Part shown: in pieces, positions 51,075 to 64,000 of the stretch
How the letters are laid out: the number at the start of each line of letters is the position of its first letter
How positions within the stretch are numbered: position 1 is the first letter of the stretch
Source of the DNA: Eledone cirrhosa
Taxonomy: Eukaryota
Direction: 5' to 3'
DNA length: 64,000 nucleotides
NCBI GenBank assembly: GCA_964016885.1
Contig: OZ024756.1
Span: 42,594,001-42,658,000 of the forward strand
Translations under genes and position numbers: made by a program
The notes under the pieces: generated by a model
Told to the model about the DNA's origin: nothing
Database searches by the model: none
What the model saw: only the letters and a program-made list of their open reading frames with translations

Positions 51075-54000
51075 CGAGCAGCTGAGCCCGGTTGCACTCG
51101 GGGCTACTCGGGGCCACTTTTTATTAAGTTAATAAGTTGAGGAGCGATGTGAAGAGAGTGGTTTGACAGAGAGATGTTGGGTAGAGTAGGGTTCAAAGAT
51201 GTTATTGCAGGGCTTCTTTGTAGACAACGTTCCTGGTGTTGCCCGGGTTACCACAAATGAAGAGATTGTGTGGACTGCCAACGTATAGTTGACCATGGGA
51301 AAATACCTGCTGTGTTAGATTTAGGCCAACCACTTCCAGCCTTTGTCCTTGTGCTTTGTTAATGCTCATTGCAAAGCAGAGTTTTATGGGAAACTGCCGT
51401 CGCGTAAATTCATAGGGGACGTCAGAGGGACTAAGGCTCATAGGGGTAATTAACCTGGTCACGCCAGCAGCGGGTCCGCTCAAAATGGTTGTGTCCAGAA
51501 TTTGGGTCCTTATTTTTTTTATGATTAAACGCGTTCCGTTGCATAGTTCTGGTGCATCCAGGTTTCTCAGCAGCATAACTGGCACACCAACCTTCAGTTT
51601 CAGATCATGAGGAGGAAGTCCTGGAGGTAGTTGACTGTTAAGGAATTCAATTGGGTAGATGACGGCGGCGTCCGCGTTTTTATTGGTGTCAATCGACTTG
51701 AAGGAGACTTCATTTCTGGGAATCTGATCGAGTAGTTTTTGGTTCATCACGTCAACAATAGCATTATGTGGTGCCAAAATAGCTCTCCCTTTCAGCCAGG
51801 TGTAATCATGGAATCGTGATTCAAGGTCTGGAAATACAGATGACATTAATTCGTCAATGTTTGATACAAAGTTCCCAAAAGGCAAACGGATATGCTCTTC
51901 ATCCACTCAAGGTGTAGTTCCATTACCAACTTCCAGTAGATGTTTTGAGAAATCGATGGAGTCTGCGTCACCATGCACATGCACTCTCATGTTGGTAGTC
52001 AGATGTAGTTTGTGGACATACTGCCATACATAGGACGACTTGATGCATGCGTTCACTTCGTCAGCTCTACTGCCTCTAGTAATAACAGGATGAGTCTGTC
52101 GGAAATCGCCAGCCAGCAGTACTGTCGCTCCACCTATGACGCGTGAGTTCCGACCCAAGTCCTTGAGAGTTTGATCCAGAGCTTCAATGGCCGCCTTGTG
52201 ACTCATGGTAGCCTCGTCCCATATGATCAGGCAGCACTCAGAAAGAAGATGTGCTTTAGGGTGGCCACGATCTATTCTACATGTAGGATTCTCCTTCTTT
52301 GCAATGTCCAAAGGCAATTTGAATGCGGAGTGTACCGTACGACCGCCATGTAACAGTGTCGCCGCAATACCACTGGAGACATACTATCGAAGCAATGTAA
52401 AAGTATTTTAGGTTAAATACTGAACCACTGAGAGCACGTAGTCGTTTCAATAAAATGTTGCATTAAAAAAGGAAGGCATTGAATGTAAAATGCTGAGCTA
52501 AAAGCGAAAAATGAATGTCATTGTTTACGTATAATGAATTGAAAATGCTTCACTAAGAGATGGATATAAAAGTATTTTAGGTTAAATAATATAGGGAGGT
52601 GTGTAGGATACATACATACAGTCTCTCTGTGATATTATTCATCTTGTCATTAAACCCCTTGTCCTTTCTGCTCAAGAAATGTGAGGGATACATCATTGGC
52701 TCACAGGAGGACAGCAATACGAACCTAACCATAATTTCTTTGTGGACGATCTGAAACTCTATGCCAAGAACATGGATGGGATGAAGAAAAATCTTGACCT
52801 GGTTACAACGTTCTCAAAGGATATAGGAATGGAGTTTGGCCAAGATAAATGCTCATACATGACTGTAAAGCAGGGAAAAACAACAACCCAGTCTAGCAAC
52901 ATTGTCATCAATGGCCTAACTGTTTCACCGATATCTGATGAGGACTGCTACAGATACCTGGGGATAGCTGAGAACATTTCCTATAATGGTATCTGTAATA
53001 AAGAACGTGTAACCAGGGAATACTACACCCGATTAAGAAAGATCTGGTCATCGGAACTCTCTGCGCAAAACAAAACAGTGGCTCACAATGTGTTTGCTGT
53101 GCCTGTCCTAACACCAACGTTTGGAATACTCAATTGGTCGATAGACGAAATCCGAGCAGTTGATGTTGGAACTCGAAAAATACTAAACAACACCGGAAAT
53201 TTCCACATCAACAGTGACATAGACCGCCTTTACTTGAAACGTAAGCAGGGAGGCAGAGGCCTAACATCAGTCCAGACAACATTTGAATGTCGCATCATAT
53301 CTCTCCGACAACATCTACGAACCTCGAAGCGTATGAGCCCGTTTCTTGAGCAAGCCTATCTGCATGAAACAGATAAGATTATGAGAGTTGGGAAGGAACT
53401 CCTCGAGAGATATTCCCTGTGTGATAATCAAAAACTCACACCCAGGGAAGTCGCTCAGCAGTATCGCAGTGAATACATGGATGAAAAACTGCATGCTTAT
53501 CAGCAAAAAATCATGCATGGATATGTTGCCAGGAAGCTCCAGAGTGAGAGTAGTATAGATAAGGAAAGTAGTCTATCTTGGATCAACAACCGCTATATTG
53601 GCTCCCACTTTGAAGGATACGCTTTTGCAATCCAAGAACAGAGATTAAAATACCTGATTCACAAAAGAGATAGGGATGCAGGCAAAACACCTAGATGTGA
53701 TAACAAGTGCAGACTCGGCAGAACTAACATCGAGGATATCACCCATGTCATCAGCAGCTGTCCAAAGATGTCATCGCGGTACTATCTACCTATGAGGCAT
53801 GATGTAGTGGCCAAAACACTGTACAATGCAATTCGTAAAAAAGATAGCCCCGATAATAAACACATTAAAAGCTACAGCAATGTGGAAGACATCCATGTAC
53901 ATAATATGAAAGAGTACTGGTGGAATGTTCCAGTAAAAACCCCAATAAAATGCAGGCATAACAGACCAGATATTATGATATAGGACAGGGAAAAGAAGGC

Positions 54001-54481
54001 ATGCACAGTAGTGGAAGTTAGCTGTCCAGCAGATGCCAATATAATATCAAAGATTAGCGAAAAGGAGAATATTTATGCAGAACTGATGAGAAATCTGCAG
54101 ATACTCCACCCTGATTATACCTTCAGATGCATGCCTGTGATTATTGGGGCACTGGGGTATGTTAGTAACTGTCTCAATACAAATATTGAGTAGCTAGGCT
54201 TCACAGGAACAGAAAGAACACAACTAGTTAGGAAATTACAAGTACAATCCATTAATGGAACATTAAAAATATGTAAAACATTCCAAAAATTTTGCATCTA
54301 ATAACTGCATATACACATGTACAGATACTAAGCATATACATGCACACATACAACTCTTGAGAGTCTTGTGTCTATGTTAGAAACAGACTCTCTCTCTATT
54401 GCGAAAAAAAAAAATTTGTGAAATTATAAAACCAGAAGAACATACATACACACACACACACGACGCTCAGCTTTATATAAG
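51075..54481 (-). mobile_element. Internally deleted Helitron carrying a PIF1-like helicase remnant (51202-52380), interrupted by an R4/Dong-like LINE
   Basis: Helicase motifs GIAA.L..GRT.HSAF, IIWDE, LAGDFRQ, L.TNMR, LLRNL....LCNGTR, RRQFP, FAMSINKAQGQ and VFSHGQLYV. 3' hairpin gcccgagtgcaaccgggc then CTCG|T at about 51075. 5' end ttatataaagctgag plus microsatellite at about 54480. Confidence 0.88.
52621..54439 (+). mobile_element. R4/Dong-like (REL endonuclease) non-LTR retrotransposon, 5'-truncated
   Basis: FVDDLKLY, YRYLG, RLY..R..GGRGL, CRL...E...H..SSC, RHD.V, NRPD, EVSCP and IGALG, with in-frame stops. 11-bp TSD acatacataca at 52610-52620 and 54440-54450. Confidence 0.92.
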
Positions 54482-54495
54482 TATCGTGTGTATGT

Positions 54496-54536
<41 letters not shown>

Positions 54537-56589
54537 ATGCGAGCGACGACAGATCAAAGATATATAAAACGTTACTGAAAGTTAACTAAAGTTTGATGGT
54601 CCCTCTCTGTCTCTCTCTCTCTCTGAATATCTAACACTTTAATTGTATCTCTCTCTGTCTAACGGCCTACCTCTCTCTGCAGTGTTGTCATATAGGGAGT
54701 GAAGAGCGACAGAGAGAGTAGAGAGGGGGAATGATCTATTATAGAGAGAGGGAAGAGCGACGTAGAGAGTAAAGCTAAGAAACTATAGAGAGGTAAAAAT
54801 CGATAGAAAAAGACAATATTTTGTCCCTAGAGACCAGATCTTTCAATTTAGAGAACCCCAAGTAGACCTGTCGCTGCCTCGGCACCTTTTACATTAATGT
54901 GTAAATTTTCATGACAATCAGAGCATTGGTACTACCCTTTTGCCTCTATCAGACAATTTTCGCCCATTTCACATTTATATAATAGATATATGGTGGCTGC
55001 CAACTCGTTTTCGAGTACGGCCACTACTTTATATCCATGTAGGAGAACCCTTACCGATGCGCTGAACAAATGTGACTTTTTAGTCCAGCCAGCGACTTGA
55101 AAACTCTGATACAAACACTACACTTGTGACAATTATTGACACATAGTGCTGGGCCCATGGTACCATGTGAAGACAAGTGCAGAGAGATCTCCAGATATAA
55201 AGCAATGCCTGTGCCGTGAAGCTTTTATAGTGAGCAAAGGCACTGCACAAAGCCAGTCCCACTCTCTTAACCAAGATTAAAAAGAAGAACAAGTCAACAT
55301 CATTGGATACCATCAGGGTTGCAGGTGTTATATCAGAGCTTTCCTACTCCTAGAATTCTGCCTTGACAAAGGCTAAGGGGTCATCTCTCCCGGTGATTTT
55401 GGATGGCCATTGACTCTTGAGAGCTCCTTGAAAGTTAAACAGTTTAACATTTTTAAGGTTTTGGTTGCGAGGTTTAAGCAAAGAAAGAGTCTTTTATGAA
55501 GAAACTTAAATTGTATTATAGAGTAAAGATTATGTCTTTGTTTAGCAGTCAAACAGCATGCGGCGACTACAGGCTTACGCAGCCCATCCACTCCGAGTGA
55601 TATCGCCTAGCGAAAGATATGGAAATCAATTTTTCCGAGCACTCTAGGAATGTATAACAGGCTTCAGGTGCGCCAGCGGGAAGTCAGCCCTCATCGTTAG
55701 GCCATCCTTGTACAAAACCATTTCTTGGTTTTGTACCATCTTGTTCCTCCTACCACTTTATCCAACATCTTTCTGAACTTGAGATTGGGTATAGCACATA
55801 CACATTTTATTTTATCTGAATCTTCACTTCTATTTTCCACTTTCCATTCTCATATTTCATTTTTCACTTTCCATTCTCATATTTCATTTTTCATTTTTCA
55901 ATTTCCATTTTTCATTTCTCATCTTTCATTTTTCATTAATTAATTTTTCATTTATTTTCTATTTATTATTTATTTTCTGTTTTCTTCATTTTATTGCCTT
56001 CTATTTCTTCATATACATGGCAGACCCCTCCCTCCCATCACCACCACCACAAGAGATGGTGGCAGGATGGGTAAAGAAACACACACAGATGCTTATAAAT
56101 GTCAGCAGCAGCAAGACAGGGGCTGACCAAAACACCAACAACACTACCAAATTAAGGGTAGAGGTCAGATGTACTTAACAATAGAAAAAACAAAATCTAC
56201 AGGGAACCTCACCTCAGAAAGAATTTCTATAGACTTTTGACTGAGGAATGCTCTCAAAACTGACAAATGGGAGGAGTGAACTTACACACATTTTATTTGA
56301 TTATTTTATTTGGTTCCTCTACCACCTTATTCTTTCTACCACTTTATCAATTTTTTTAGTTGACTCTAACACCGACACCACTACCAACATAAGAGTAGAG
56401 GTCAGATGTACTTAGTTATAACAAGACTACAGATGGCCTTGCCTCAGAATGAATTTCTGTAGAATTCTGACTGAGGAATGTTCTCACAACTGACCAATGA
56501 GAGGAGAAGATGTCCTTTGACACTGAATTCGTTTGTTTAAATTCATATGATTCCAGCTCCTCAATGAAACAACAACCCAATATAGATAT

Positions 56590-57195
56590 ATTTCTTTATT
56601 AGCCACAGGGGCACAAAAGAAGGGGACAAATACAAAGGGGGAAGTTTACATACAATAAAAACGTGTAAAATGTTATCACAGATGGAATTTAAAAGTTAGT
56701 CGATTTTCCCCAATAGAGGGAGACAGTTTATATGGGTAACACATACCCCCGAAAAAAATGTGCAACCCTCATCTCCAGGAGTACGAAGAGCTTGTACTCC
56801 TTTCCTCTCCTCCTCCTTTTCCTCAACCTACAGGCTGATATAGAGAGAAGGCCCATTCACTCGGGCCATTCTCGCCACTTTCACCCACCTTTCATAAAAC
56901 TTGCTGGGGTACAGCACCTCTCTCTCCATCCTGATTCTTCTTCCAAAGTGGTATTTGAAAAAAGAATCAGTTGTTGGCCGGAGAGAAAGGTGTCTGACCT
57001 CAGCCCTTTCAACCTTGTCCACCATACAACCTCTTTCGCCATAGCTATCACACAAAGGAAAACCGCCTCTCCTTCGTTTTTGAAGGAGGGTGGCGGTTTG
57101 ATCATGACAATGGACTCGGTGGTCAACTGGATTGGTCCCACCCGCGACAATAGTCGTTCTACATAGCCCCACAGGTCGGTAACGCCCGGGCAGTG
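56590..57195 (-). mobile_element. Tx1/L1-like LINE 3' fragment
   Basis: HCPGVTDLW...[10 protein letters not shown]-terminal zinc-finger region, followed by a 3' UTR with aataaa. Confidence 0.7.
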
Positions 57196-57316
57196 TATAT
57201 ATATATATATATATATATAGATAGATAGATAGATATACTTGGGGAAGGTCATATTTGTGTAATAATATTGCCAGAATTAATAATATATATGTAGATAGAT
57301 AGATACATATATATAG

Positions 57317-57408
<92 letters not shown>

Positions 57409-57476
57409 AGATATATATATATATGTATATATATATATACATATATAGATACATATATATATATGTACACATATAG

Positions 57477-57557
<81 letters not shown>

Positions 57558-57573
57558 TATATATACATAATAC

Positions 57574-57645
<72 letters not shown>

Positions 57646-57646
57646 C

Positions 57647-57732
<86 letters not shown>

Positions 57733-57733
57733 G

Positions 57734-57817
<84 letters not shown>

Positions 57818-58048
57818 GTATTATGTATATATATATATGTGTATATATATATATATATATATTGTTATATTTGGGGAGGGTCATATTTGCGTAATATTGC
57901 CAGAATTAATAACAGAACACACTCACTGTTTGGTTGGTTTTCGCTTCTCGCTGTCTTTTATATATATATATCTGTTATCTAAATATAACAATATCTGTTT
58001 CGACACACGATTTCATATAAAAAACCTCGCAAAACTAATTCATCGCCG

Positions 58049-58114
<66 letters not shown>

Positions 58115-58184
58115 CTATATGTGTACATATATATATATATGTATCTATATATGTATATATATATATACATATATATATATATCT

Positions 58185-58268
<84 letters not shown>

Positions 58269-58368
58269 CTATATATATGTATCTATCTATCTATCACACA
58301 CTCGCGCGCAACCATAAACACACATACACATATACACACATAAAGACACACACACACATATAAATATA

Positions 58369-58400
<32 letters not shown>
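57195..58400. repeat. (TA)n-rich microsatellite field with embedded short blocks
   Basis: Direct reading of the sequence. Confidence 0.95.
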
Positions 58401-58401
<1 letters not shown>

Positions 58402-58409
<8 letters not shown>

Positions 58410-58749
58410 AGATCAAAAGATGGTTAAAGGAGTTCAATATATTTTATTATGCGCATTTCAAAAACAAACATCATCAAACAATAATATTTGTGTTTTCATC
58501 AGATAAAACAGGAGAACATGATATGAAGGCTAAAAAAACACTTGTTGATAGTGCAGTTTTAAATCAACATATCAACAGATATGTTGATTTAAAACTGCAC
58601 TATCAACAAGTGTTTTTTTAGCCTTCATATCATGTTCTCCTGTTTTATCTGATGAAAACACAAATATTATTGTTTGATGATGTTTGTTTTTGAAATGCGC
58701 ATAATAAAATATATTGAACTCCTTTAACCATCTTTTGATCTTATATTAT
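58402..58749. repeat. Perfect palindrome, arms about 172 bp, 4-nt loop
   Basis: 58402-58573 is the reverse complement of 58578-58749, with loop aaca. Confidence 0.97.
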
Positions 58750-58832
58750 GCATACTCCAGTCCCACAAACTGTAGAGTGCTTCTTATCCGATATCTGCAT
58801 TGCTTTATTGTACTACAATAAAACTCACCTCC

Positions 58833-58904
<72 letters not shown>

Positions 58905-58939
58905 CACACACACACACATACATACACACACATATATAC

Positions 58940-58998
<59 letters not shown>

Positions 58999-59033
58999 CA
59001 CACACACACACATACATACACACACATATATAC

Positions 59034-59092
<59 letters not shown>

Positions 59093-59496
59093 TTAGAAAC
59101 ACACAGATACATGCGGACACACACATATACATGAATGCATCCACACCCAACCGTGAGTTAAGGGTGCCAACCTCACCGATGTTGCTCAATGAATGACTGG
59201 GACAGACCGATCCGGTTGAACCAGACTGAACCAGTATCAGAGTTAAAAATACATTATGAAGAGAGAAGAAACATTTAGATATAATTAGTAATAAAATGCA
59301 TCATACCTAAACTGCTCCTAGATTCCTCAAAAAAAGATTTGTCCGGGAAAGACTGCCCTAACACCGGCCAGAGTTACCTCCCTTGACCTGATGCAAAATC
59401 AAAACAAGATATTTTTGCGAGCAATGAACCTTGATGTGGATTTAACCCCAAAAACTCTTTCCGAGGAATATAAGGAACACTTGTGATTATTTATGC

Positions 59497-59535
59497 CCTT
59501 GAGAAGCCCAACTGGGCGAAACGTACGTAGGTGAT
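59497..59535 (+). ncRNA. Atypical minimal hammerhead-ribozyme-like motif
   Basis: cttgagaa-GCCCA-ac-TGGGC-gaaa-CGTACG (stem II, GAAA, palindromic stem III). The core deviates from CUGANGA. Confidence 0.5.
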
Positions 59536-59806
59536 ATTTTAAATAAACATGTTCTAACGGTCTATTCTCCGATTTTTTACTTTCCCACGTGCTTACGCTC
59601 TGCTAACTCTCTAGCTCACTAAATATTAACACTTCGAATATTTAATACTGCCGGCACTAGTATCGAGCACCTTTGGCATACGCTACTTGGCAAATAACTA
59701 TATGTATCACCTATCCCCCCTTTTTTTCTCTTTCTCGATACGTAAATACTATATATATACACATACACATACATACACATACACATACAAATACATATAT
59801 ATATAC

Positions 59807-59853
<47 letters not shown>

Positions 59854-60140
59854 TATATATACACATATATATACATACATATATACACATATACATACAT
59901 ATACACATACATACACATACATATACACACACACATACGCACACATACATATATATAAATATATATATATATATACACACACACATACACACACACATAC
60001 ATATAAACATTATATATGTATGTGTGTGTGTATATATATATATATATTTATATGTATGTGTGTGTGTATATGTATGTGTATGTATGTGTATATGTATGTA
60101 TATGTGTATATATATGTATGTATATATATGTGTATATATA

Positions 60141-60185
<45 letters not shown>

Positions 60186-60226
60186 GTATATATATGTATA
60201 TGTGTGTATATATGTATTTGTATGTG

Positions 60227-60268
<42 letters not shown>

Positions 60269-60453
60269 TATATGTATGAATGGTGTATCTCTCTATATAT
60301 ATATATAAATATATGTATGTATGGTGTATGTGTGTGTATATATATATGTTCTGTTTTGTTCCCGTTCAATTTTTCATTATATAGGTGTATATGTGTGTGT
60401 GTGTGTATATATGTATATATATATATATATATATTTTTTTTTATATATATATT

Positions 60454-60500
<47 letters not shown>

Positions 60501-60539
60501 GTATATATGTGTGTGTATGTGTGTGTGTGTATATGTATA

Positions 60540-63500
60540 GCAACAGTGACCACAGTAATAATAACGGTAACAATACGAACAACAACAACAATAACCACAG
60601 TGGTAATAATGGAAATAGTACATGTAGCAACATCAACAAAAACAAGAAACATAATAATAGTAACAACCACAATGGTAGAAATAACAGTAACAACAACAAC
60701 AATAACGGTGAAGTAAACAACAATACATCTAGCAATCATAACAATAACAATAATAATGCTAATGATAGAAACAACAACAACCACCATGATAACAATAATA
60801 GCAACACACACAACTATGACGATAGAAATAACGACAACCCCTTAGAGAAACTATTTTTCAACCCAGCTGAAAAACATATAAGATGGGTAATATCTATCCT
60901 ACGTGGTTACCCTTTAATAAAAGAGTTTGCATACCACAGCAAATAGATGACGAGACGGAGGCACAGTTCACCATAGCTAGAAATAAGATTAGACAAGTAG
61001 TAGACAGGTATACTATGAGACAGAGCAGACCAGAGGCCCAACAACTTGGGAGAAAACCTGTAGAAGGCTTGGTTAGCCTCAAGCAGCGCACAAGGGATGG
61101 TGAGGTAGTGTGTCTACCCACAGATAAGTCTGGTAGGATGTCAATAGATAGCATGCCGAACTACATCGAGGCAATGCAACCCCACATCACCAACACGAGC
61201 GAAGTTGCACAACTAACACACGATGGGAGAGAAAAAATCCTCAACGCTCACATGATGATGTGGACTGACATCCTAAAGCCAAGCAGACGCACTGCCAACA
61301 ACTTCCAGGCGTCTAACAATGGCATACCACCCTTGTATGGGCTCCGCAAAGACCACAAGACAGTCGACGACCCGACAACACGACCACCAACAAGACCCGT
61401 ATGCGGAGCTAATATAGCTAGCAACTACAGGATCTCCTACTTCCTCTCAATGGTTATACGCCCCATAATCAAGATGTCCCCAGATGTATGTGAAAGTACA
61501 GAGGACCTCCTCAGCAGAATCAGTGAGTGCAACAAAAACAGGAGCCTATCCAACTGCATAATAGGCAGCATGGATGTGGTGTCACTGTACCCATCCATTA
61601 ACATTGATTTTGCTGTGAAAAGATGTGTGGAGATGATCATTGAGAGTGAGGTGGAGTTCTGCGACGTCGACACAGACGAACTGGGCCTCCTACTTAGACT
61701 TACCTACGACACTGACTACCTAGACAGCCATGACCTTAGATGTTTCTGCCCTAGTAGACCTATAAGAGGTAGACCCCCCACCATAACCTCAATGGCTAAA
61801 AAGACTCCCATAGGAAGGTGGATTGGGTGGACCAAAGCTATACGGACCCCCCAAAACACTGATCAGGTAAGAAAAATGGTCGCACATGCAATAGGGGCTA
61901 GTATCAAAACTACCCTAAAGGGCCACATATTTAAGTTCAATGAGAAAATCTACACCCAAAATGAGGGAGCAGCCATCGGCGTCAGCATAGCTGGTGATGT
62001 TGCCAACCTTTTCATGGTATGGTGGGAAAGGAGACTTAAAGATCTCCTTAATGAAAGCTCCATAGACCTCATCATGTACTCTCGTTATGTAGACGATATC
62101 AATATAGTTATAAGAACACCCCCACTAGAGAGCACTAACAAGTTTGATTTAGAACGTAGCACGATGGAAAGCATCCAGCAGATAGCTAATTCCATACACC
62201 AGAGTATAACTGTAACTATAGACTTCCCTTCCAAACACCCTAACAATAGACTACCTGTATTAGACACAGAACTCTGGATTAACACTATAGACGAGAGAGC
62301 CCAAATTCTCCACTCACACTATGCTAAACCCATGGCCTCCAAATACTTGATACTCAAAAACTCAGCAATGTCCAGTAGTGCTAAGTTTAATATTCTGATC
62401 GCAGATTTGGTACGAGTGATGAAGAATGTGTCCAGCATGTGCGACCCAACAGAAATGGAAGGACACATCCAACACTTCATCAACCGCATGCAGTTCTCTG
62501 GCTACAACCAAAGAGACAGAGTCAGAGTATACGAAGGAGCCATGGAAAAGTATAAGACCCTCATAGAACTGGACATGAAAGGAATTTGCCCACTATACAG
62601 GAGCAAATCATGGAATAGCTTAGATAGGGCTAGACATAAGATAGGGAAGGCCACATCATGGTACGACAACCAGAGATATCAGAGTGTCATGTTTGTGGAC
62701 GCCACCCCTGGAGGGAAATTAGCTAACCAGTGTAGAAAGGCCCTGAGAAAGACCCACTTAAAAATAAAGGTGGTAGAAAAGCCAGGAACCACCATAAAAT
62801 CCCTGATCAGCAAAACCTACCCTTTTAAGAAAACCCACTGTACCAATAGGAAATGTATCATATGTAAGGTGAACCCCCGGATAAACTGTTAAACTAGAAA
62901 CGTAGTCTATAGCATAAGATGTACAGAGGGTACTTGCAGAAACATGACAACAACATACATAGGTGAGACAGCTCGTAGCATAGGTGAAAGGATAGACCAA
63001 CACTGGGGGGAACTAAAAGGACGAAAAAACGGGTCAGTACTATACGAACATGCTAGACAACAACATGACGGTAACATTTACAACATAGAAATTAGAATAA
63101 TATCTAAACATAGGAATGACCCAGCAGATAGGCAAATCAGAGAGGCCAGTGAAATAGAAATTAGAAGACCAAAGCTAAACAGAAAGAATGAGTGGAACAA
63201 CAACAACACCCAAACAAACAACATTGACCTAAGAGAAGTATAAATAAGTAAATAAAATAAAATAAAATAAGATAAATAAATACATACACAAGCACAATAA
63301 CAACAAGCACATAAACACACACTAGTCACCCAGCAGACACAACACTATACACACTAGTCACACATCACACATAACACTATACACACACGCAAACGCATGC
63401 GCAAAGAAGACAAAATAAAATAAGATAAACAAACAAGCAAATAAATAAATAAATATATAGACAGACTGAATAAAAAAAAAAAATGGCGTAGACATACAAC

Positions 63501-63600
63501 ACAACAGGAGGAACAATGAATATAACACCACTGACGATGTTGCAGATGTGCAACGAAAGATTTATGTAAATTATGTAAACTATATATATGTGTTTGTGTC
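60540..63600 (+). mobile_element. Penelope-like element (Naiad/Neptune-type), nearly full RT and GIY-YIG
   Basis: ORF 60883-62892 has PTDKSG, PPLYGLRKDHK, RPVC, MDVVSLYPS, GAAIG, YSRYVDD and LPVLD. A single in-frame TAA precedes NVVYSIRC...YIGETARSIGERI..H (to 63243). Asn-rich N-terminus lies in a shifted frame. Confidence 0.93.
63531..63560 (+). ncRNA. Hammerhead-ribozyme-like motif downstream of the Penelope ORF
   Basis: CTGACGA-t-GTTGCA-gatg-TGCAAC-GAAA. Stems I and III not confirmed. Confidence 0.55.
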
Positions 63601-64000
63601 TATATTGTATCTGTATTATTTTTGACCGCCGGTCAGTCAATGGCAACATTGAGGACCGAGTAAGTTAGATCGCAGATATAAAAGACAGCGAGAAGCGAAA
63701 ACCAACAGTGAGTGTGTTCTGTTATTAATTCTGGCAATATTACGCAAATATGACCCTCCCCAAATATAACAATATATATATATAAATATATTTATATGTG
63801 TGTGTGTGTCTTTATGTGTGTATATGTGTATGTGTATGTGTGTTTATGGTTGCGCGCGAGTGTGTGAGTGAGTGTGTTTTGTGAATGTGTCTGTTAAATT
63901 TTTGGCATATAGTTGAATAGTTTATGAGAAATTTGAAGATAATTGTAAGATATGCACTCAATATTCTGAATTTGTCTACAGAATTCTCTAAACCTTTGTC

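Noticed and set aside
51202-52317. Host PIF1 helicase gene
   Set aside because: Intronless, interrupted by a stop, truncated and bounded by Helitron termini.
54990-55700. Possible LINE endonuclease or 5' region on the minus strand
   Set aside because: Only weak, stop-ridden resemblance, so I could not assign a family.
62890-62892. Selenocysteine or other recoding in the Penelope ORF
   Set aside because: The in-frame stop is TAA, not TGA, and is most simply a nonsense mutation.

Overview
AT-rich, microsatellite- and transposon-dense animal genomic DNA. A coleoid cephalopod such as Octopus is my inference from the tRNA-derived SINE types, RTE LINEs with (GAT)n tails and long (TA)n arrays. Most ORFs in the supplied track are microsatellite noise or retroelement fragments. 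Hidden among them, and not visible as whole ORFs, are two tandem paralogous multi-exon genes on the minus strand that encode type I membrane proteins with Ig-like domains. Copy 1 (about 9.6-33 kb) can be assembled completely by hand: signal peptide, Ig1, Ig2, TM, Pro-rich repeat tail, about 339 aa. Copy 2 (46.5-50.7 kb) shows Ig2, TM and two tail exons ending in a PDZ-type motif; its 5' exons were not found and probably lie beyond the window. The main observation is that large intron and 3' UTR blocks of the two paralogs are about 99% identical while their coding exons are only about 40-50% identical in protein, with the switch falling almost exactly at some splice sites. The rest is RTE, CR1/L2-, Tx1-, CRE- and R4/Dong-like LINE pieces, two Penelope-like elements with hammerhead-like motifs, a Tc1 element, Helitrons, MITEs, SINEs, minisatellites and many local fold-back inverted duplications. 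All alignments and counts were done by eye.
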